Positions 13,005-26,688 of a DNA stretch of 64,000 nucleotides are shown in pieces (position 1 is the first letter of the stretch; each line of letters starts with the position of its first letter). Made by a program: the position numbers and the translations under genes. The notes under the pieces were generated by a model, which saw only the letters and a list, made by a program, of their open reading frames with translations, was not told the origin of the DNA and did not search any database. Source of the DNA: Octopus bimaculoides (taxonomy: Eukaryota); contig NC_068982.1 in assembly GCF_001194135.2 (NCBI RefSeq), positions 179,771,734 to 179,835,733 of the forward strand, written 5' to 3'.

Positions 13005-13584
13005 AACAAGAAAGCAGATGAATTAGAAAGAGGAGTTCAAAAAGAAATAATACATTTAGCCTCCATTTCAAATCTTTCACATATTCAGCAAAGTATAATT
13101 AATTAAATTGGAAATTTAAATATTGGCAAGACTCAAGAGATCCACTATCAAGCTTTAATCCCCCATTATTTCAGACAAATCTATCAACATACAAAAGTGT
13201 ATCAGATATAGCAAGGCTTGAAGACTTCGCTGGCTTTGAATAAGTCAAGTCCCTTCTCAACTCAAGTCTCTCACAAACAGATCGTATGCATCCACTTTCG
13301 TGTTCTGGTGGAAACTATCCTTATGATATTTGTTCTAATGCAGACATTACCATCAAAGAGAGAAGATATATTACAAAACCAGTCTTGGAAAGGTTGTCAA
13401 ATTTGGAAGTGCAATTCATTTTCAAGGATCTGCTACCCATAAATAAGATGTTCCAATTCATTGAGGCTACAAAACGATTGAACAGAAACATCTGACTTCT
13501 AGTTATCTCTATTTTCTCTTTCTTTTTTGTCATTTTTATGTTGTTATTTCTGTTTATTTTCTCTCTCTGTATGTAGATATTCTT

Positions 13585-13975
13585 TTACTTGTTTCAGTCA
13601 TTTGATTGTGGTCATACTGGAGCACTGCCTTAAAGAGTTTTATTCAAACAAATCAATACCAGGACTTATTCTTTGTAAGCCTAATACTTATAGCATTGGT
13701 AACTCTTGCTGAACTGCTAAGTTACGGAGATGAAAGTACAACAACATCAGTTGCCAAGCGATGGTGGGGGTGGGGGTGGACAAGCACAGACACAAAGACA
13801 TACACACACACATATATGACAGGCTTCTTTCAGTTTCCATCTACCAAACAGACTCACAAGGCTTTGGCTGGACTGAGGCTACTGCAGAAGGCACTTGTCC
13901 AAGGTGCCACACAGTGGGACTGAACCTGGAATCATATGGTTGGGAAGCAAGCTTCTTATCACACAGCCACTACGT
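13585..13975 (-). mobile_element. tRNA-derived SINE, family A, near full length
   Basis: Same head, body and tail as the 10360-10712 copy. Confidence 0.9.
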
Positions 13976-14175
13976 TTTTTCAGTCTACCATGGCTTATCA
14001 GCTTTAAATGTGTGTGTCTGTTTGTGTGTATTGTTGATGTCATAATCATTTTATAAACTTTCAAGAGAACTTGAAATAGTTCTTTTGGAACACTGACTTC
14101 TGATGCACAACACATGAAACTTTAAATAGCATCCCAATATAACATTATGTGATGTGCCTCAAGAGTCAATATTCC

Positions 14176-14220
<45 letters not shown>

Positions 14221-14865
14221 CATATACATATACACACACAAGCATACATACACAAAAATACATTTACACATACATGATGTACAGGCTAGATCAGAAGTCT
14301 CTTTAGCATTCAAATGATACATAAAATTTACATTATGAGGATTTTAATATAATTCCCAGGTTATCTTTGCACTTTGTCCCGAATACCTGTTGATATAGTC
14401 ATCATTATTGTTGTTTTAACCTTCACTTTTCCATGCTTGCAGAGGTCAAATGTACTTTGAGACAGAGTTCCTGCAGATGGATGTTCTCTTTGCCAATGAT
14501 TACGTGTTTCCAAGCGAACTAATATTTCCACCTTTCATGGAGACAAAAATGAATGACGACCCTACTTGCCATCATATATAGATATATAAACAACTATCAT
14601 ATATATAAACACACACACAAACACAGTAAATGGTAAGGTGAAAGCAGTCTTTTGAATTACTAGTTCAATTTATCTGACAAGCTTCTGCAGCTTTTATATT
14701 CCCAAATTCAAACATATGAAACAGGTGGAGGGAAATCAATGCTAAAATACCTAGAGTATCATGCATCAGTACAGGACCTTGAGATTACTAAACAAACTTC
14801 ATAACCATACAAACATGTTTTATCCACTGTGCATAAATATAATTATATATACATAAATGTGTGTT

Positions 14866-15075
14866 ATTTCTTTACTACCCATATGGGGCTACACACAGAG
14901 GGGACAAACAAGGACAGATAAACGGATTCAGTCGATTATATTGACCCCAGTTCGTAACTGGTACTTATTTAATCGACCCCGAAAGGATGAAAGGCAAAGT
15001 CGACCTCGGCGGCAGACGAAATACCGCTAAGCATTTCGCCCGGCGTGCTAACGTTTCTGCCAGCTCGCTGCCATA
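14866..15075 (-). mobile_element. tRNA-derived SINE, family D, with perfect 19-bp TSD and internal deletion
   Basis: Head ggcagcgagctggcagaaacgttagcacgccgggcgaaatgcttagcgg; core gcctttcatcctttcggggtcgattaaataagtaccag; flanked by atatacataaatgtgtgtt at 14847-14865 and 15076-15094. Confidence 0.9.
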
Positions 15076-15108
15076 ATATACATAAATGTGTGTTTATAAA
15101 TATATATA

Positions 15109-15870
15109 CAGGGCACAATAAATAAACTCTTGTCTAAATTATGCAAAAATGAAAATAACAATGACATCTCATTTTAACAGATATATTTACCAAAATTACA
15201 TGAAAATATCTTGAAATATTAAAGAGTAAATTTATTCAATAAAATCACCATTTACTTCAACCATGGCCTCCAGACAACTTTGGAATCTCCAGTAACTGTT
15301 CTGGATGATTTCCTTGTTTAAGTTGGTGAATGCTGCCGTAATCCTTGCCTTCAGTTTATCTTTGGTGTTAAAAGGAGTTTTCTTGACCTCTAGCTCAACT
15401 GCGCTCCACATAAGGGGCTTGCAATTGTGGAAGTTAGGTGGCCAGATATTAGGGGTGATGTCGTCACAGAAATTGTCTGACAGCCATGACTGGGTTCTCC
15501 TGCTTGTGTGGCATGGTGTAGAGTCTTGTTGCCAGACGCAGGGTCTTCCAGCAGCCACTCTCTTGACCCAGGGCAGCACTACCTCCTCCATGCACTTCAT
15601 GTAGTCCTCGGTGTTGAGTGTGAGGCTGTGTGGGAAGATGGAGGTATAACATCACCATCACTAGTGATCACTCCAAACACCATGATGCTGATTGGATGTT
15701 TTGATTTTTATCACTCGTTGTACATGTCCTCAAATTGCACTCAAACACTTTGAAATGATCGTATTAGAGCTTCCGGCACAAATGCCAAGCAGTACAGCAT
15801 GTTGTTTCCAAATTTTGGGCAGAGTGAATTGCATCAGGGTGCTGTTTTTCTCACAAAAGGTACCCAACTG
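15109..15870 (-). mobile_element. Tc1/mariner-superfamily (maT/DD37D-like) transposase fossil
   Basis: Frameshifted KHPISIMVFGVITSDGDV...CMEEVVLPWVKRVAAGRPCVWQQDSTPCHTSRRTQSWLSDNF...IWPPN..CKPL.WSAVE...NGDFIE*; terminus TA|cagggcac at 15107-15116. Confidence 0.9.
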
Positions 15871-15984
15871 ACCCTACTATACTGTGTGGCCAACAAAATT
15901 AAAAAGAAACAGTGTACATGTGTGAAATCAAAAATATAAAGAGTGACAATTTACCCATCACACTGTGTGTGTGTGTGTGTGTAT

Positions 15985-16123
15985 ATGAAGGGCATCCAGC
16001 TGTAGAAACTCTGCCAAATTTAGATTGGAGCCTGGTGTTGCCATCCGGTTTCACCAGTCCTCAGTCAAGTCGTCCAACCCATGCTAGCATGGAAAGCGGA
16101 CGTTAAACGATGATGATGATGAT
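15985..16123 (+). mobile_element. Family B SINE / RTE tail
   Basis: gaagggcatccagctgtagaaactctgcc...catgctagcatggaaagcggacgttaaacgatgatgatgat. Confidence 0.85.
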
Positions 16124-16564
16124 ACACACAAGAAAAATACATATAAATCAATATGCTTGTGTAAACAAACATGTTTACACATATACATACATGTTATATA
16201 TGTAATAGAATTACTTATTGGGATGGGGAAGTACAGTAGTGAGGAAAGGAATTAGTAACAGGGGTTACTGAACAAAAAATAGGGACTGAGTGTAAAGGTA
16301 ATAGGGTGAGTTGTGTAAGGGTGTCTAGGACTCTCCTACATCACAAGGGCATGTTAGGATAGGTGGGATAGGAAGGAAGGAAGCAAAAGACTAGGGTGGG
16401 GAGGAACATGAGTCACAGAAGGAAAGAGGTATGGGATCATGGGAAATAGGCCAGAGGGTGAATGCAGTAAGAACAGTGAAAGTGAAGGTAGGGGATGAGG
16501 GAGCAATAGATGAGAGCAGTGACAAATACACATATGCTTACATAAACACATACATATATACGCA

Positions 16565-16900
16565 TTCTTTTACTTGTTTTAGTCAAAGAAATCAACCCCA
16601 GGACTTATTCTTTGTAAACCTAGTACTTCTTTCATTGTTCTTTTTAGCTGAACCACTAGATTACAAGGATGAAAACACACCAACATCGCTTGTAAAACAA
16701 TAGTGGGGGGACAAACACAGACACAAATATACACACACACACACACAACAGGCTTCTTTCAGTTTCTGTCTACCAAATCCACTCAAAAGGCTTTAGTCAG
16801 CCCGAGGCTATATAAGACACTCGATCAAGGTGTGTCACGCAATGAGACTGTACCTGCAACTATGTGGTTGGGAAGCAAGCTTCTTACCACACAGCCACAC
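16565..16900 (-). mobile_element. tRNA-derived SINE, family A
   Basis: Same organisation as the other family A copies. Confidence 0.85.
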
Positions 16901-17572
16901 ACATATGTATGTATATATAATCAAATAATGTCTGCACTGGCAAAGGCTGGACTGTTCAGCAGGAGCCAATAAACAATAGGACCGCATAGAACTATCTCCT
17001 TTGGCATGGTTTTTAAAGCAAGAGCCCTTGCTAATGCTGACCACTTTCCAGAGTATAGGGAGTACTTTTTTAGTGGCACCAGCATAAGTGAGGTTACCAG
17101 GTCCACGCAAAACAAGACCTATCAAGTGAGTTCTGTATTGAAGGGAAATATATAGGCAAAGGAATTAAGCCTCACTGAAGTGGAGATACATGGCTTCCCC
17201 ATCTGCAAGGAGGGAGATGGAGAGCCACAGTCTGAAGATACGGAGTATCAGAGAGAATGAAGATACAGGTACAAAAAATGTGTGTGTGTATAGTATAAAC
17301 ATACTTATACGTTTACACATATTTGTATATACATGCACAAACATATTCGCACATATACATACACACACAGAAACGCAAAAACATTCATATAAACATGCAT
17401 ATATTCATGGGTGTGTATGTATAAATGTATTCATACAATTTTCTAAACATTTTAACAAGGAAAAGGTTGACAATGTTTGGCTGTATGATGTCTTTGTCAG
17501 ATATGTGAGGATACCGACATGGAGAACTTCTCATTTACTGTCAATACATTTGTTGTATAGCATATCTGATAC

Positions 17573-17604
<32 letters not shown>

Positions 17605-17633
17605 GTATATATTTATATGTACAATATATATAT

Positions 17634-18586
17634 NNNNNNNNNNNNNNNNNNNNNNNNNNNNNNNNNNNNNNNNNNNNNNNNNNNNNNNNNNNNNNNNNNN
17701 NNNNNNNNNNNNNNNNNNNNNNNNNNNNNNNNNNNNNNNNNNNNNNNNNNNNNNNNNNNNNNNNNNNNNNNNNNNNNNNNNNNNNNNNNNNNNNNNNNNN
17801 NNNNNNNNNNNNNNNNNNNNNNNNNNNNNNNNNNNNNNNNNNNNNNNNNNNNNNNNNNNNNNNNNNNNNNNNNNNNNNNNNNNNNNNNNNNNNNNNNNNN
17901 NNNNNNNNNNNNNNNNNNNNNNNNNNNNNNNNNNNNNNNNNNNNNNNNNNNNNNNNNNNNNNNNNNNNNNNNNNNNNNNNNNNNNNNNNNNNNNNNNNNN
18001 NNNNNNNNNNNNNNNNNNNNNNNNNNNNNNNNNNNNNNNNNNNNNNNNNNNNNNNNNNNNNNNNNNNNNNNNNNNNNNNNNNNNNNNNNNNNNNNNNNNN
18101 NNNNNNNNNNNNNNNNNNNNNNNNNNNNNNNNNNNNNNNNNNNNNNNNNNNNNNNNNNNNNNNNNNNNNNNNNNNNNNNNNNNNNNNNNNNNNNNNNNNN
18201 NNNNNNNNNNNNNNNNNNNNNNNNNNNNNNNNNNNNNNNNNNNNNNNNNNNNNNNNNNNNNNNNNNNNNNNNNNNNNNNNNNNNNNNNNNNNNNNNNNNN
18301 NNNNNNNNNNNNNNNNNNNNNNNNNNNNNNNNNNNNNNNNNNNNNNNNNNNNNNNNNNNNNNNNNNNNNNNNNNNNNNNNNNNNNNNNNNNNNNNNNNNN
18401 NNNNNNNNNNNNNNNNNNNNNNNNNNNNNNNNNNNNNNNNNNNNNNNNNNNNNNNNNNNNNNNNNNNNNNNNNNNNNNNNNNNNNNNNNNNNNNNNNNNN
18501 NNNNNNNNNNNNNNNNNNNNNNNNNNNNNNNNNNNNNNNNNNNNNNNNNNNNNNNNNNNNNNNNNNNNNNNNNNNNNNNNNNNNNN
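17634..18586. other. Assembly gap (~950 N) flanked by (TA)n
   Basis: N-run; other gaps near 5885, 7356, 9330, 56650, 58497 and 62471 also abut microsatellites or repeats. Confidence 1.
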
Positions 18587-19227
18587 TATATATATATATC
18601 AGCATCAGTTAACATCCATTTTCTGTGCTGGCTAGGGTAGGGTAATTTATCAGTTAATGTTTGATTATACATACCTACAGATAATTGCACACACATTTTA
18701 TCATAGAAACACACACAACCTATCTAGAGAAATATACATATATAAATTGAAAAAGAAAAAAAAAAACACGTGTGTGTAGAAATTTTTGTTAACTTAGTTT
18801 GTTTCCTTTGTTGATTGGGAACACACTTCAAAGTTTATCACGTTACATTTACAATTAGATAGAATCTTATTTATTAATAAATAATATAAGGTGTATATAC
18901 ATATTATATGGTAGATTTGTGTATAGCAACATTACATCATATAGAGATGAAGGCACAAAAAAAGGCAGCTCATATACCAGTTATGGTTGATAAGGAAGTG
19001 AGGTATGCATAGCAACTAGCGTATCTGATGGTGTTTGTGGTGATGGTGCAACAGTGGACCATATCTCTCTCTCTGTCCTTGCTAACTATACATGTCTATG
19101 CCAAATGAAAACGTGTACTGTGATAAAGTTCTTGTTCAAATACACATCAAACTAATGTGGAGATATCATGGAAGGCAAAATGAATTATAAGTATTATAAG
19201 CCTATATATATATCAATTAAATGGGTG

Positions 19228-19258
<31 letters not shown>

Positions 19259-21340
19259 AAAATTATCAAAGCGAGAAGGAGAGTCTATTTATTCTAAATT
19301 CTATCCAGTGTCTACTACACATGCATAATATCGTCAAGTAGCGTATCACCATACCTCGATGATGTCTGGGATTACATTAGAAAATAGATTCAACACACAC
19401 ACACACATGCAGCCTATGCCAATATGTTTTCACACCCGTTTTTAAAACTAAAGACAAGAAACAAAAAAAAAAAACAAAAAAAAAGGCTAATCTTGTCTCT
19501 GCTTCCNNNNNNNNNNTCTCTGCTTCCTTAAATTGTAGTAGCAGTTGAAGAGGAAGGAATAAAACAAGGAACTACTGCCTCCCCCTCCACCAACACACAC
19601 TTGTCTACATGTGTGTGTGAGAGAGAGAGAGAAATAGGGTATGCAGCATAAATCTAACTCAGATACAGTAGAAGCAGCCATTAAATCACCAATTGAAGGT
19701 AAAAAAGCAGAGTGGTGAGGGTATATTTTTAACGTAGTTCCACACTTGACTAAGTCAGCAACAAATACCACACAGTAAAATAATTGCTGCTGCTGTTACT
19801 ACTACTACTACTACTACTACTACTGCTGCTGCTGCTGTGCATAGAAATGAATAATGTGTACATGTCTCTGTGTGTGCACACCGAATATTACCCTTTTGCT
19901 TTTTTCCCCCTCAATTCAGAAGATAATTCTAAGACACCTCCCACCCACCCATTCTACGTTGCTGCAGAGGAAGTGAAGGAAGTCAATACAATCTATCAAC
20001 TACTTTGTTTCACAGAAAATACTATTGTTTCATTGATTTGTTCGTCTTTCCAGTAAAATAATTAACTTGTCTTATTCTGAAGAATCTTTTTAAATACTGT
20101 TTTATTACTTGTCACAACAGGCCATTCACTGGAATACTAACATCTTGATGACAAACATATATTTGAAGTGACACCTTCACTTTAATTCAGTACTCACACT
20201 CCACAATAACCAAAAAGCAGAAATTAAAACTTTTTTTTCTCTTTTTTTTTTTGTTTTTCCCAAAATTTAAACCATGCCTCTAAATAAATAAATACATTAA
20301 AATATTCCTTTTTAACTCTACAAAAATACTCTGAAGTGAAAAGAAAGAGTATGTATGGGAATGCATAAATGATCAGACTGCTCAGAGAAGTGTTATAACA
20401 GTCGTAAAAACTCTGCGTAATGACTAGTGTTTAATAATAAAGACATACAAAATGCTGGGTGGGTGGGTGAGGCTTTATCTTAGATTTCAAGCAAAAGTTA
20501 GCAATAACTGGTAAGGTAATCTACTTGTTTTTTTGCAAGTGATGAGTTGGTGTTTATAGTATGATAATATACAAATAACTAGTAGTGCTACAAGCAAAAA
20601 CAGTGAAAACAAAATGATTTGATCATGAAAACAACACTTGAAATATATAGAAAAGCTTAACAGTAATCTCAACAGCAAATTTTGAATATATATCAGGTTT
20701 AAAAACAATTTACTAAAAATAACAAGTGATAAAAACCAGGCTTCCACTCTGCTTACAGAGAGAAAGAGTAAGAGCATGTGTGTGTGTGTGTGTGTGTGTT
20801 TGTTCTACGCATCAAATATCTAGTTTCTCCTGAAATAGTAAGAAATTTACTAACATGCTCTACTTAGTCCTGACATGACCACCACTAATCAATGTTATTC
20901 TGATCTCAATACCAACACCTTCATTATTCCCAAAGTATATAGAATATATACTCAAGTAAATTTAAAGGACAAGAAGAATCCACCTGACATTATGTGGTTA
21001 GATGAAACTACACCAGATTACACAAATACATCAATTACACAGGGAATTACTCAAAACTAACCATCCTCTATTTATATATTTTAAGAACAACAGTTTCTTT
21101 GGTTACACATTACCTAACATGATACCAGTAGTTCAATTACTATTTTACTACATTTATGATGCCAAGTACAGAATGTCTGTGCAACTTGTGTAACAAATCA
21201 TAAGTCATCTACCAGTTTAGTAGCTTTCTTACTGATATGTTTGAGTATCCATGCATATACACACACACAGATACATACAGGGCTGTGTTGTTGACTTCAC
21301 AGTCAGTCCTGTATGTTGGACAAACTTCTTTCTACTAAAG

Positions 21341-21460
21341 CTTTAGACCAGGGGTTGGCAAACCAGGGTTAGCTCAGGTGGGGTAAAAATGAAATTCTTG
21401 GGGATAATGAGGACTCATTGGACATAAGTAAAATTATATAATAAACGTGTTCCTTATTAC
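21341..21460 (+). mobile_element. Possible hAT/Charlie-like MITE left end
   Basis: CAGGGGTTGGCAAAC (Charlie-type TIR) preceded by the 8-mer ctttagac, resembling the NTCTAGAN target preference; right TIR not found. Confidence 0.35.
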
Positions 21461-22767
21461 ATTTTTTTTTTTTTTTTTTTTTNNNNNNNNNNGAAATAGA
21501 CATATAGAGTTGTATAAATCAATTCAATAAACCTTTTGAATTCAAACCATGAGAATGAAATTTGGTATATGAGAACTGTGTGGAAGACCATGGTGTGTGC
21601 CAATGCACACTGACAATGCTTAAAAAAGTGCTCTTTCTTAATATCTCATAACTTGTCAGTTCAACAAAATTAAATACCAAAATTTAAAAGTAGTATTAAG
21701 AGTAGTATGACCAACTAAATCATTCAAAAAGTGTCCCAAGACTCCACCCTTCTTCCTGCTAAATTGCATTTGCAGGAAACTGGTCAATTGCTCAAGGTGC
21801 TGTGTAGTGGGACTGAACTAAAAACCATACTTGCAAATGAAGCAGTATTCTCAACCACACAGCCATACCTGTGTAATTATTCTCTTTCTCACTTAAAATA
21901 AATGACAAATTCTGTTGGGCATTCATTTAATTCTTGTCAACACCTGAGAGAAGTGTTGCAGTTAATAGGAGCAGAAAATGGTAGGTACAGAAATAACTAT
22001 TTTACACTTAAAGACCAAAAGAAAAAAAAAACAAATCAAAAACTGTACCAAAAAGTCTTTCATCTGATTAATAAAGATACTTATGCTTGGATTTTTACCT
22101 CAATGCAGTGATTCAACCTGCAAGAAATAACAACCAAATTCCCCTGAAACCACACCTTACCATTTTAGAAAAAGATAAAAATCTTTGATACATTATATGA
22201 GATGGTCGTGGGAAGAAATCTAAATATACATAGCCTATCGCTTTCTTACTCCCTTGCCACAACTAAGGAATAAGATTTGAAGATAGAAGAAAAAATAGAA
22301 ATCAATAGCTGTGGTTTCTTTGATTTATTGCCAGTTAGTTTTGGAACAGCTGTGCTGCCAACATTGGATAATCTGTTGCAAGGAACACTAATGAATTGGC
22401 AGCAGGTTTAACAAACACTTAGCTCAATCAAAAGAAATTAATACAATTTGTCCCAGAAAAAGAAGGAGAATAAGGATAATGCCACCAATAGCTGATCCTT
22501 CAAAAATACTCTGAATGAAAATAAAAAAGTACATTAACAGCTGGGGTAAGATGTTTGGGGGGATTGAAAAGGTTGATGACCTTATTAGTACCAGGAAATA
22601 ACTCTGCTGGAAGACAATAAACCACATACTGAAAGACTAATGAATAAGAATGAGTGTTCATTCTGAGCAAATCCTTTCAAGGATATGAATGATATGAAAA
22701 AAAATGAAATACTTAAATAACTTAAGAAAACAGTAAACTTAATATTTGGCCAGATAAGAAGCTTTCT

Positions 22768-23100
22768 CATCATCATCATCATCATTTAGCGTCCATTTTC
22801 CATGCTGGCATGGGCTAGACGGTTTGACTAGAACGGTAAGTCGGAAGGCTGCGCTAGGTTCCAGTCAGTTTTGGCTTGGTTTCTACGGCTGGATGCTCTT
22901 CCAAACATCAACCACTCTACAGAGTGTACCAGGTGCCTTTTAGATGTCACCAGCATGAGTGCCTTTAATGTGTCACCAGCACAGGTGCCTCTAACATGTC
23001 ACTAGCACTGACAACAACTATGATTTCACTAAGCTTGAGGTGTTTTCTCAAGCACAGTAAATCGCCAACAGTCTTGGTCATTTGTCGTCACCTCCCTGAG
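22768..23100 (-). mobile_element. Family B SINE / RTE tail
   Basis: (CAT)n then tttagcgtccattttccatgctggcatggg...ttctacggctggatgc...ccaaccact; degenerate internal ~21-bp repeats gtcaccagca. Confidence 0.8.
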
Positions 23101-26100
23101 ACTGAAATAATTTTAAACTTTATAATTGAAATCAGAGTAAAATGCTGCATTAAGTAATTTAATGTTGAAATACAACCATTAAATGTAACCATTAGGAAAA
23201 TATTTTCACTTGTTTGACTCTCCATAAACAAGCAGCCATAATCAGAGTGGAAACTTTTCCTATGTTAACGACTAGAAGCATTAAAATAAACTGTAATGTT
23301 CATGCCATCATGTTTATTCAGTGTCTGATTTGGTTTTGAACTCATTTCATTTATAGGTCACAGAGAAGCGAGATTAGCAAATATTTGGTAAAATGTCTCC
23401 CTTTTGTAACAGAAAAAGGAAAAAATATCTGGGTGCAACAACAGAACCATGAAAACAAATGCAAAAAGAAATACATTCAGGTTCACAGGAAGCTGTGAAT
23501 GTTGCAGAATTACTACACACTGTCAAAATATTGCTATAGTAGTAGCACCTTATATTTACAACATTTTAAAATTGGAAATGGTTGACAAGAAGCTAATTTC
23601 ATGCTTAGTCATAGAACAGTATAGCTCATATCATAGTAGAGCACTTAATTGTTTAAAATGTTCCCCTTGTATGAATTAAACAGCTTTCTCTGATATTTCT
23701 CATAGTTTCCAAACTGTCTGAGCCAGGAAACCATTAAATAATACTTCATCCTTTGCCTTCTTTCTCTGTTCTGATAACTTTCAACAAGTTGACATTTATT
23801 CACCTACTTCTATCATTAATTCTCACTTTCATGCTTATATTATTTTAAGTAATTCTTGCTTGACACAAATACAATAGCAAGGATAGGAAAAGCTTATGTG
23901 AAAAAGAAAGAGGAGGTTGTAAGTTTCATCCAGAGCACATATTTAGAAATCAGTAACCAAAATATTTAAATACCATTTAAATGATGATGATGACCATTTC
24001 ATAGTTCATATATCCAGAAGACACAAAACAAGTTTTCATAAAACTATATTCTAACCTAAACATTTTCATCCCAAAACCTTATGCAACAAAATCTGTCAAC
24101 TCATTGCAGCCAAAGTTGACTTCTAATTAAATGCAGGAGTAAACCTCATTTGCATTCCATATCTCTTGAGATGTAATTACAAGGATGGATAACAAGGATT
24201 ACTTTAGGCAGAGGATTAATGCAATGAATTTTCTGGCCTTTGGAATTGTTCAGACTTTTAGTTTGTTTATTTCATAAGCTACACTAGAAAGTCTAAATTA
24301 AGTGCTCTTATAACAAAAACATGAAGGATTAACCTGTCGTTTTTGTATAAAAACTGAATTCTTCATTACACAAACACTTTCCAACAGAAGAGTCAACATG
24401 AAAACTTTTCTGCACAAATACTTATGAAATGCATTAGTCCTCAATAAAGTAAATCAATAAATGGTAATTTATTTTTAGCAAGGAGTTTTAAAGCCAGCAA
24501 TCTAGAAGAGGAACTAGATGATGAAATGAGCTGTGGCAATGCATTACAGTGAAGGTTGCCACTTATCAATTTTTAATCAAAGAGTAGTTGAATAATATCG
24601 GGATTCCAATTTTAAATAAAGACTGCAAGAAAGGAAGGAACCAGCCATTGTGCAAATGTTGACTGATAGCCAACAAAGTTAGAGAAAACTGCAAGATACT
24701 GATTACAGGAAGTTTACTTAAAGGAACAACAATTGATAATGTGTAAGTAATTGGTTAAATATTCCATGTTTGCATAGAATGAATGTAACAATTTCTTTTT
24801 TTTTTTTTTTTTTTTTTNNNNNNNNNNATATAATCTTATACAACGTACAAAATTTTCATGAATATTAAAAGAAAAAAATCTAAACCAGAAGATAAACACA
24901 TTTATATAACAAAAATCATAGTTCTAAAGATTTAAAGGTTTGCAAGTTCTTGATCTAACAATCTGTGAAGACAAAATCTTGTGGATGAAATTGTATTTTC
25001 CTTATTTTAACAAACAAAATTTAATTAATTTATTATGGTATACGTAGACAATACATTTTTTTGTACAGAAATCTATTTTAAAACATACCATGCTAGCAAA
25101 AGTTCTAAGATTTAGATAATAGCATAACTGATAGCTACAGTATTTTATGTATGGTTGCTCTTCCACAATGATAATCACTCAAATGTGAAATTCAAACAAT
25201 ACTACACCCCACATCTCAATCGAAAAAAAAAAAAAATTTTTAAGAAATAAAAAATATCTTAACACAATAAAGTGCAACTTAGAGCAATCAGAATCACTTG
25301 CTTCCTGAAACAGAACCATATCAAACATACCAAAGGGAAAAATTACCAGCAAAAAGAGCAATTTCCTAACAAAAACAAAAAAAAAAAAAGATCAAAGGTA
25401 TCGCTAAAAATGCCTCTCTCCCTTTCCTTACACATACATACATACATACACACATATAAATTTATTAGTAGTCACATTTACAAAAATAATGATGAGCAGT
25501 TAAGAAACTCATGCTTCTCCTTCATCACCAAGTGAAATATTTCTGACTAGTGAATTAAGGTGAATCATATAAACTATTGCTGTGTATTAAAATACTCTTA
25601 ATAGGCTAATGGCCTGTCACCATCAGTTTATATTATTACTATTACTACTATCAATATTCCTCCAAAACTAGCTGTTATTTGCCAATCTTAACATTTTTAT
25701 TGCTTCAGCTATTCATCTAAAATCATTAAGACCATAAATTTGTTTCTGGAGTGGAAGTATTTCCAGATGAATTTGCTGCAAGATTAATTCAATGAAAGTT
25801 ATATAGGAAAATTTCCCATTAAGATCAATGTTGAATATATTAGCTCTATTTTAAAAACATCACAAAATTTAAAATGAATTTTCAAACTATGTAAAATTTA
25901 CTTAATAAGAACTCTATTTTCAAAATATAGAACAATGTTCAGCTCTTTAGGCCATCAAAATTGCAGAGAATATTCCTAATGTTGTCATTGATTAAGGGGG
26001 AAAAAATGACATTTCTAATAAAGTTATTGTTGCATGTTTTGTTTGCAACTTTCAAATTATCACAGTCACAATATTTTGAAATACCATTACTTAAAAATCG

Positions 26101-26488
26101 TGAAAGAAAATTATCTGCTATATTAATTTTGGTTGTTGTCTCTCTGTATCACCAACATGTGATGAGACAATCAGGCGAGTTAGAAACATGATATAATAAA
26201 ATCTTTTAAGAAAAATTGAGTATGTTATAAACAACACTAACATTGCATTAAAAGCTGCACATTGACAACAAAAGACACAGTGTGAATAGATTAAACCGAC
26301 AGTGATAGAGCATATGAAGAAGGCATGAATAAGAGGAGAGAGAAATAAAATGAGAGGTAGGGGAATAAAGGGAGCATGAAATAGTGGTCTTCTCTACTAT
26401 TCACAAGCAATCTAAACTATGTCATCTACTTTAATCGCTAATTTGTTTAATGTCTGCAACAGCAGGAAAACACTAAGTCTGATTCTTG

Positions 26489-26568
<80 letters not shown>

Positions 26569-26636
26569 AGTCTAAAAATAGTCATTATTACACTTAAAGT
26601 AAAGGAAATATCTCAGAAAAAAGACTATTCGCTTAC

Positions 26637-26688
26637 CTTTCTTCTTCCAACATACTGATTACTACTTTCTTTTATCTTTGTTGTTTGT
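26637..26688 (-). other. Small spliced exon candidate (52 nt), probably non-coding/UTR
   Basis: Acceptor tttattggttttgttttgtag| and consensus donor AAG|GTAAGC; contains ATG TTG GAA GAA GAA AG. Confidence 0.5.

Noticed and set aside
13200-13500. Non-repetitive stretch with 70-aa ORFs on both strands
   Set aside because: No motif recognised and no consistent splice sites; cannot support a call.
22424-22627. Hydrophobic membrane-protein-like ORF
   Set aside because: Expected from T-rich sequence; the frame following the nearby acceptor closes early.
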